From Spirogloea muscicola (taxonomy: Eukaryota), in the NCBI GenBank assembly GCA_009602725.1, contig WELB01000030.1, forward strand, positions 200,304 through 264,303: a DNA stretch of 64,000 nucleotides. The letters run 5' to 3'. The notes under the pieces are model-generated. The model was not told the origin of the DNA. It searched no databases and saw nothing but the letters and a program-made list of their open reading frames with translations. Of this stretch, positions 60,581 through 64,000 are shown piece by piece. A program made the position numbers and the translations under genes. Each line of letters starts with the position of its first letter. Positions within the stretch are counted from its first letter, which is position 1.

Positions 60581-63500
60581 CTAGAAGTGGAGCTCGGCAC
60601 TAGGAACCTGAAGTGGAGCAAACACCGCCTCCAGGTCTGCAGCTTCCACATCGTCCAGTGATGCAGGTTGCCACTTTGGTTTCTGCGGGACTACCACAGC
60701 TGATGAGTTCCGGTGTGTTGCACTCATCAATGTGCAAATCGACATCTGACAGTTGAAGGATTTTTAGAGACGAGCTGAGGAATTATGTCAGATCACCTTG
60801 GGATATAGTTTGCAATTTTATGCGGATACTTGGACCCCTAATACATGTTACAATAATCTACTCTGCCAATACTATTTTTTTAACTCTGTCAGGATACAGT
60901 CAATACACAATTCTTACTTGGTCTTTGTCGATCAGCGCTGCACGGACACCCTCAACGAAGTCTGGCCGCGTGGAGATGCGAGTCGCTAGTCGATATTCCA
61001 CTTGCATGACCTCCTCTATCTGTGAAACAGGAACAATGCATTGAGCGAGCAGAAGAGCTGGCTCAAAGAACTGGCTCCCATGAAGGGTGGTTGTCAACTG
61101 CTATTGAGCAGCAAATGTGCTGACAAGCAAGAGGTGACTGTATGCTATGGAGTCTTGTACATTGAAGACTTCTACAGTAAGAACAACCGCGACAAACCTG
61201 AGGAGGGGGGGTGCTTGAGGTACAAGCTGCAAGGTGCCGCTGTGTAGCTGCTAGGCTGAAGGGGGCTCCTTTTGCCAAGTCTTGCAGGCATTGATGAGCC
61301 CATGCAGCCTCTGCTAACAGAGACCCAACTATAATCAGATGAGCATGACATGAGTTGCGGTGCTCAAACAGATTGCACATAACAGAGGTCAGGCATCACA
61401 GCTTGTGGGAGTGTTAGAGTGCAGCTACATACCTTCTGGATCATTGGACCTTTCCAGAAGCTGTAAAGATCTAACAATGTCAGCCACTGTCTTATTATCT
61501 CCAAAGCAGCGCTCAATCAGGTGCAAACGCCCCTCAAGAGTAGACTTGTCCTCGGGGGTCTGCTGAAACCTCCCGATGATGGAGTTGACCTCCTCCACAG
61601 TTGACCTGCATATATTCCAGGTAATAACTGGATCAGAAACATACGAGGCGCCAAGATCAACCTGCGGTCTAACAGCACATATGCTTGTTGCATTGCACTC
61701 TGTGTGCTGCAGTGTACAACTTTGGTCTGCTGTGATACGTGGATAAGTGGAGGGCAAACGAAAGTCTTAGATCAATGTGGCAGGCATTATATATGCAACT
61801 TGAGGTGACTTACAGATCCTCTGTTTCCAGTGCATCCTGTAGGCTCTTCAGTTGTTCTGATGGGACATAGTGAGTAGCCAGGCCACTGAAGAGCGCATCT
61901 GCAGGGTTGCTCAGTCTTGCTCCTGTTAGGGCCAGGTATGATCCTGCACCAAGGTCCAGGGCAATTTAGAGCTGAGCAAGTCCCTCCACTGCAAAGCACA
62001 CTCTGAGCATCGACAATTCTGTGATTGGCTCAAGCCAGAATCTCCTTAGACTTCGTGGGCAGGGCACTCTTGATATAAGCAATATGCAACAGGAGCACTA
62101 CCGTCCAAGCTCGAGTCATAGAGGCTAAGCAAGAAATGCTTGCGGACATGGCCGCACGGCATTCTTGGCGATATTGATGTGCGCTTCAGCACAAATGTAA
62201 GTCATTGAAGCCTACCAATGCCTGGCTTGCAAACAGTGGCCGCAAGGTATGCAAATCCAACATCCGGAAATAGACCAATGCTGTTCTCGGGCATAGCTAA
62301 AATTGTCCTCTGCACACAATGTCCAACACGAATCAAAACTTGCTGAGGCTTTTGACAGCTATTCTGGCAATAAGTAGCTGGTGCTATTTGCTGAGTAACG
62401 ATGACAGAGTCGCCTGAGAAAGAGCTGATTCTTCTAAGGTGAGATATCTCAAAGTTGCCTTGATGAGTATACCTCAGTAACAAGCCTGACATGACCATGG
62501 CAAGCAATACCAAGGCCAAAGCCCATTGTCACACCATCCATGAAGCTTACATACGGCTTCCTGCACCTTGCAATAGCGCAAATCAAGGTGTACTCTGCAG
62601 TGAAGACCTGACAGCAACAAAGATGCACACGGGTCTGTTGTGATCCAAGTATGTTGCGATCACCTCTGCTACATGTCATGTGCCATTGCAGCCTCACTAG
62701 TGTTCCATATCCCATTGTGGCTTGTTCCCAGTTACTGCAAATACAGTGTGCTTGCTCAAGTATGCAATAAGTACAGCCGCCACAAGTGACTTGCCCAAGC
62801 TACTCTTGTTTCCGACCCTTATATTTTTCATTGCCACCCGTTTTAAGGATCTGCCGTCATGCTACTACCACCAGCTTCCGAGACTGTACCAAGACCCACA
62901 ACCTTGCAAGCCAGTGCTGACACTGTCATCTGCTCGCACCCTGATGTTGTCATCCATTTGACGTCCCCTCCTGCACGACGTACTCTACATGATATACTCA
63001 AGTTTCACAGCCATTGCTGCAGCCCGTCCCAAAGCTGTGGAGCTATCATTGCTTGCAATACATAGACCACCTCGAGGGACTTCCTGAGCCGTGGACGAAT
63101 ATATAATAGCATCTCCTACTTCAGCCAACAATAACCTGCTGCACAAGTTCGGTAGTTGGTTCCTGCCGAATAGCAGCTGTGCACCACTTGACATCCATAC
63201 CTGCACAAAATAAGATAAACCGATCACAATGGGAGCTGCAATTCGAGTTGTCCACAATTCGCCTGCCAATCCTGTGGCGCAGTGCTGCTCTGACTTGCTC
63301 AATTGGTCAACCTGAGGAGAAGGCCCGTGACGTGCTGCTCTTTATAAGGATCGCTTTGATGCTGCTCGTTGATTGCCAATCGTCCAGTACTTTCTTGAAT
63401 TCGACATCCATATCTGGCAACAGCAGCAGAGAATATCTGTTAGCAGACTCTAGTCAAGGATGACATTTTCATTTCGCCTGAGAAGGGTAAGTAACACGTA

Positions 63501-63946
63501 CAACATAACTTGCTTCGTCAATGGACGCAATCAGCCTGCACAACCAACAACGTCTCACCCAAGTTCATTGCATTAAGGGCCTTTGGCCTGTTGAGCGTGA
63601 TGACGCCGAGGCCATTCGACGAGACTTCAGAGCTAACGAGCGGCGCCTCTGTCGAGTCTGCCATTGCTGCTGCGCGCGATAGAGCCACAGGCGCCCTGCT
63701 CCGTCGGCCTCTCGAGCTTCTCAACAGGCGCGAACCTCCACTATCGATGCAAGCTCGCGTGCTGGCGCAGCGGCTGTGCAGCCAGCTCGCTTGGCGGAGG
63801 CGGCAGCCGAGGCTAACGCGATCGGGCGCTGCGCAATGCCAAGACAACGGCGTCCAATGGTGAGGAGCAGCGGCGCGGCGGAGGCGAGCGGGGCCTCCGG
63901 CGGCGGCGCCACAGTCGCGGGGCGAGCTGAGAAGGCGGATCTTCAT
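60581..63946 (-). CDS. 3-hydroxyisobutyryl-CoA hydrolase-like protein (crotonase family), probably organelle-targeted
   Basis: [82 protein letters not shown]-rich N-terminal extension; start choice uncertain. Confidence 0.9.
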
Positions 63947-64000
63947 CAGCCCCGCGACGGAGTCGCTGCCGCGTGGCTTATCAGGCACAACCTTCGTCAC

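Overview
This is a GC-rich, intron-containing nuclear genome segment of a green plant. By inference it is a streptophyte alga, because it combines land-plant-type genes with a true Sec-encoding gene. About 14 spliced genes were read: TPR-PB1 (PHOX/CLMP1-like), proteasome beta-4 and alpha-3, long-form tRNase Z, an HY5-like bZIP, hyccin/FAM126, selenoprotein T, an HIPL/GSDH-like gene with frameshifts, an OCIA-like protein, a family-16 methyltransferase, four tandem atypical SDRs and an HIBCH-like gene. A glyoxal-oxidase-like pseudogene fragment is also present. Highlights: (1) SelT has an in-frame UGA in a CxxU motif and a canonical type II SECIS in its 3' UTR. (2) A CRE-like RT+RLE non-LTR retrotransposon family is present as one near-full-length copy splitting the glyoxal oxidase fragment and roughly twenty 5'-truncated relics. 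The relics share a C-terminal LLTRGY motif and a 3' stem-loop, have 6-9 bp TSDs, nest in each other and cluster just upstream of genes. (3) At least six introns appear to be GC-AG. (4) A pogo-like MITE and a solo LTR can be confirmed against empty paralogous sites. Exon boundaries were read by eye and no database searches were run.
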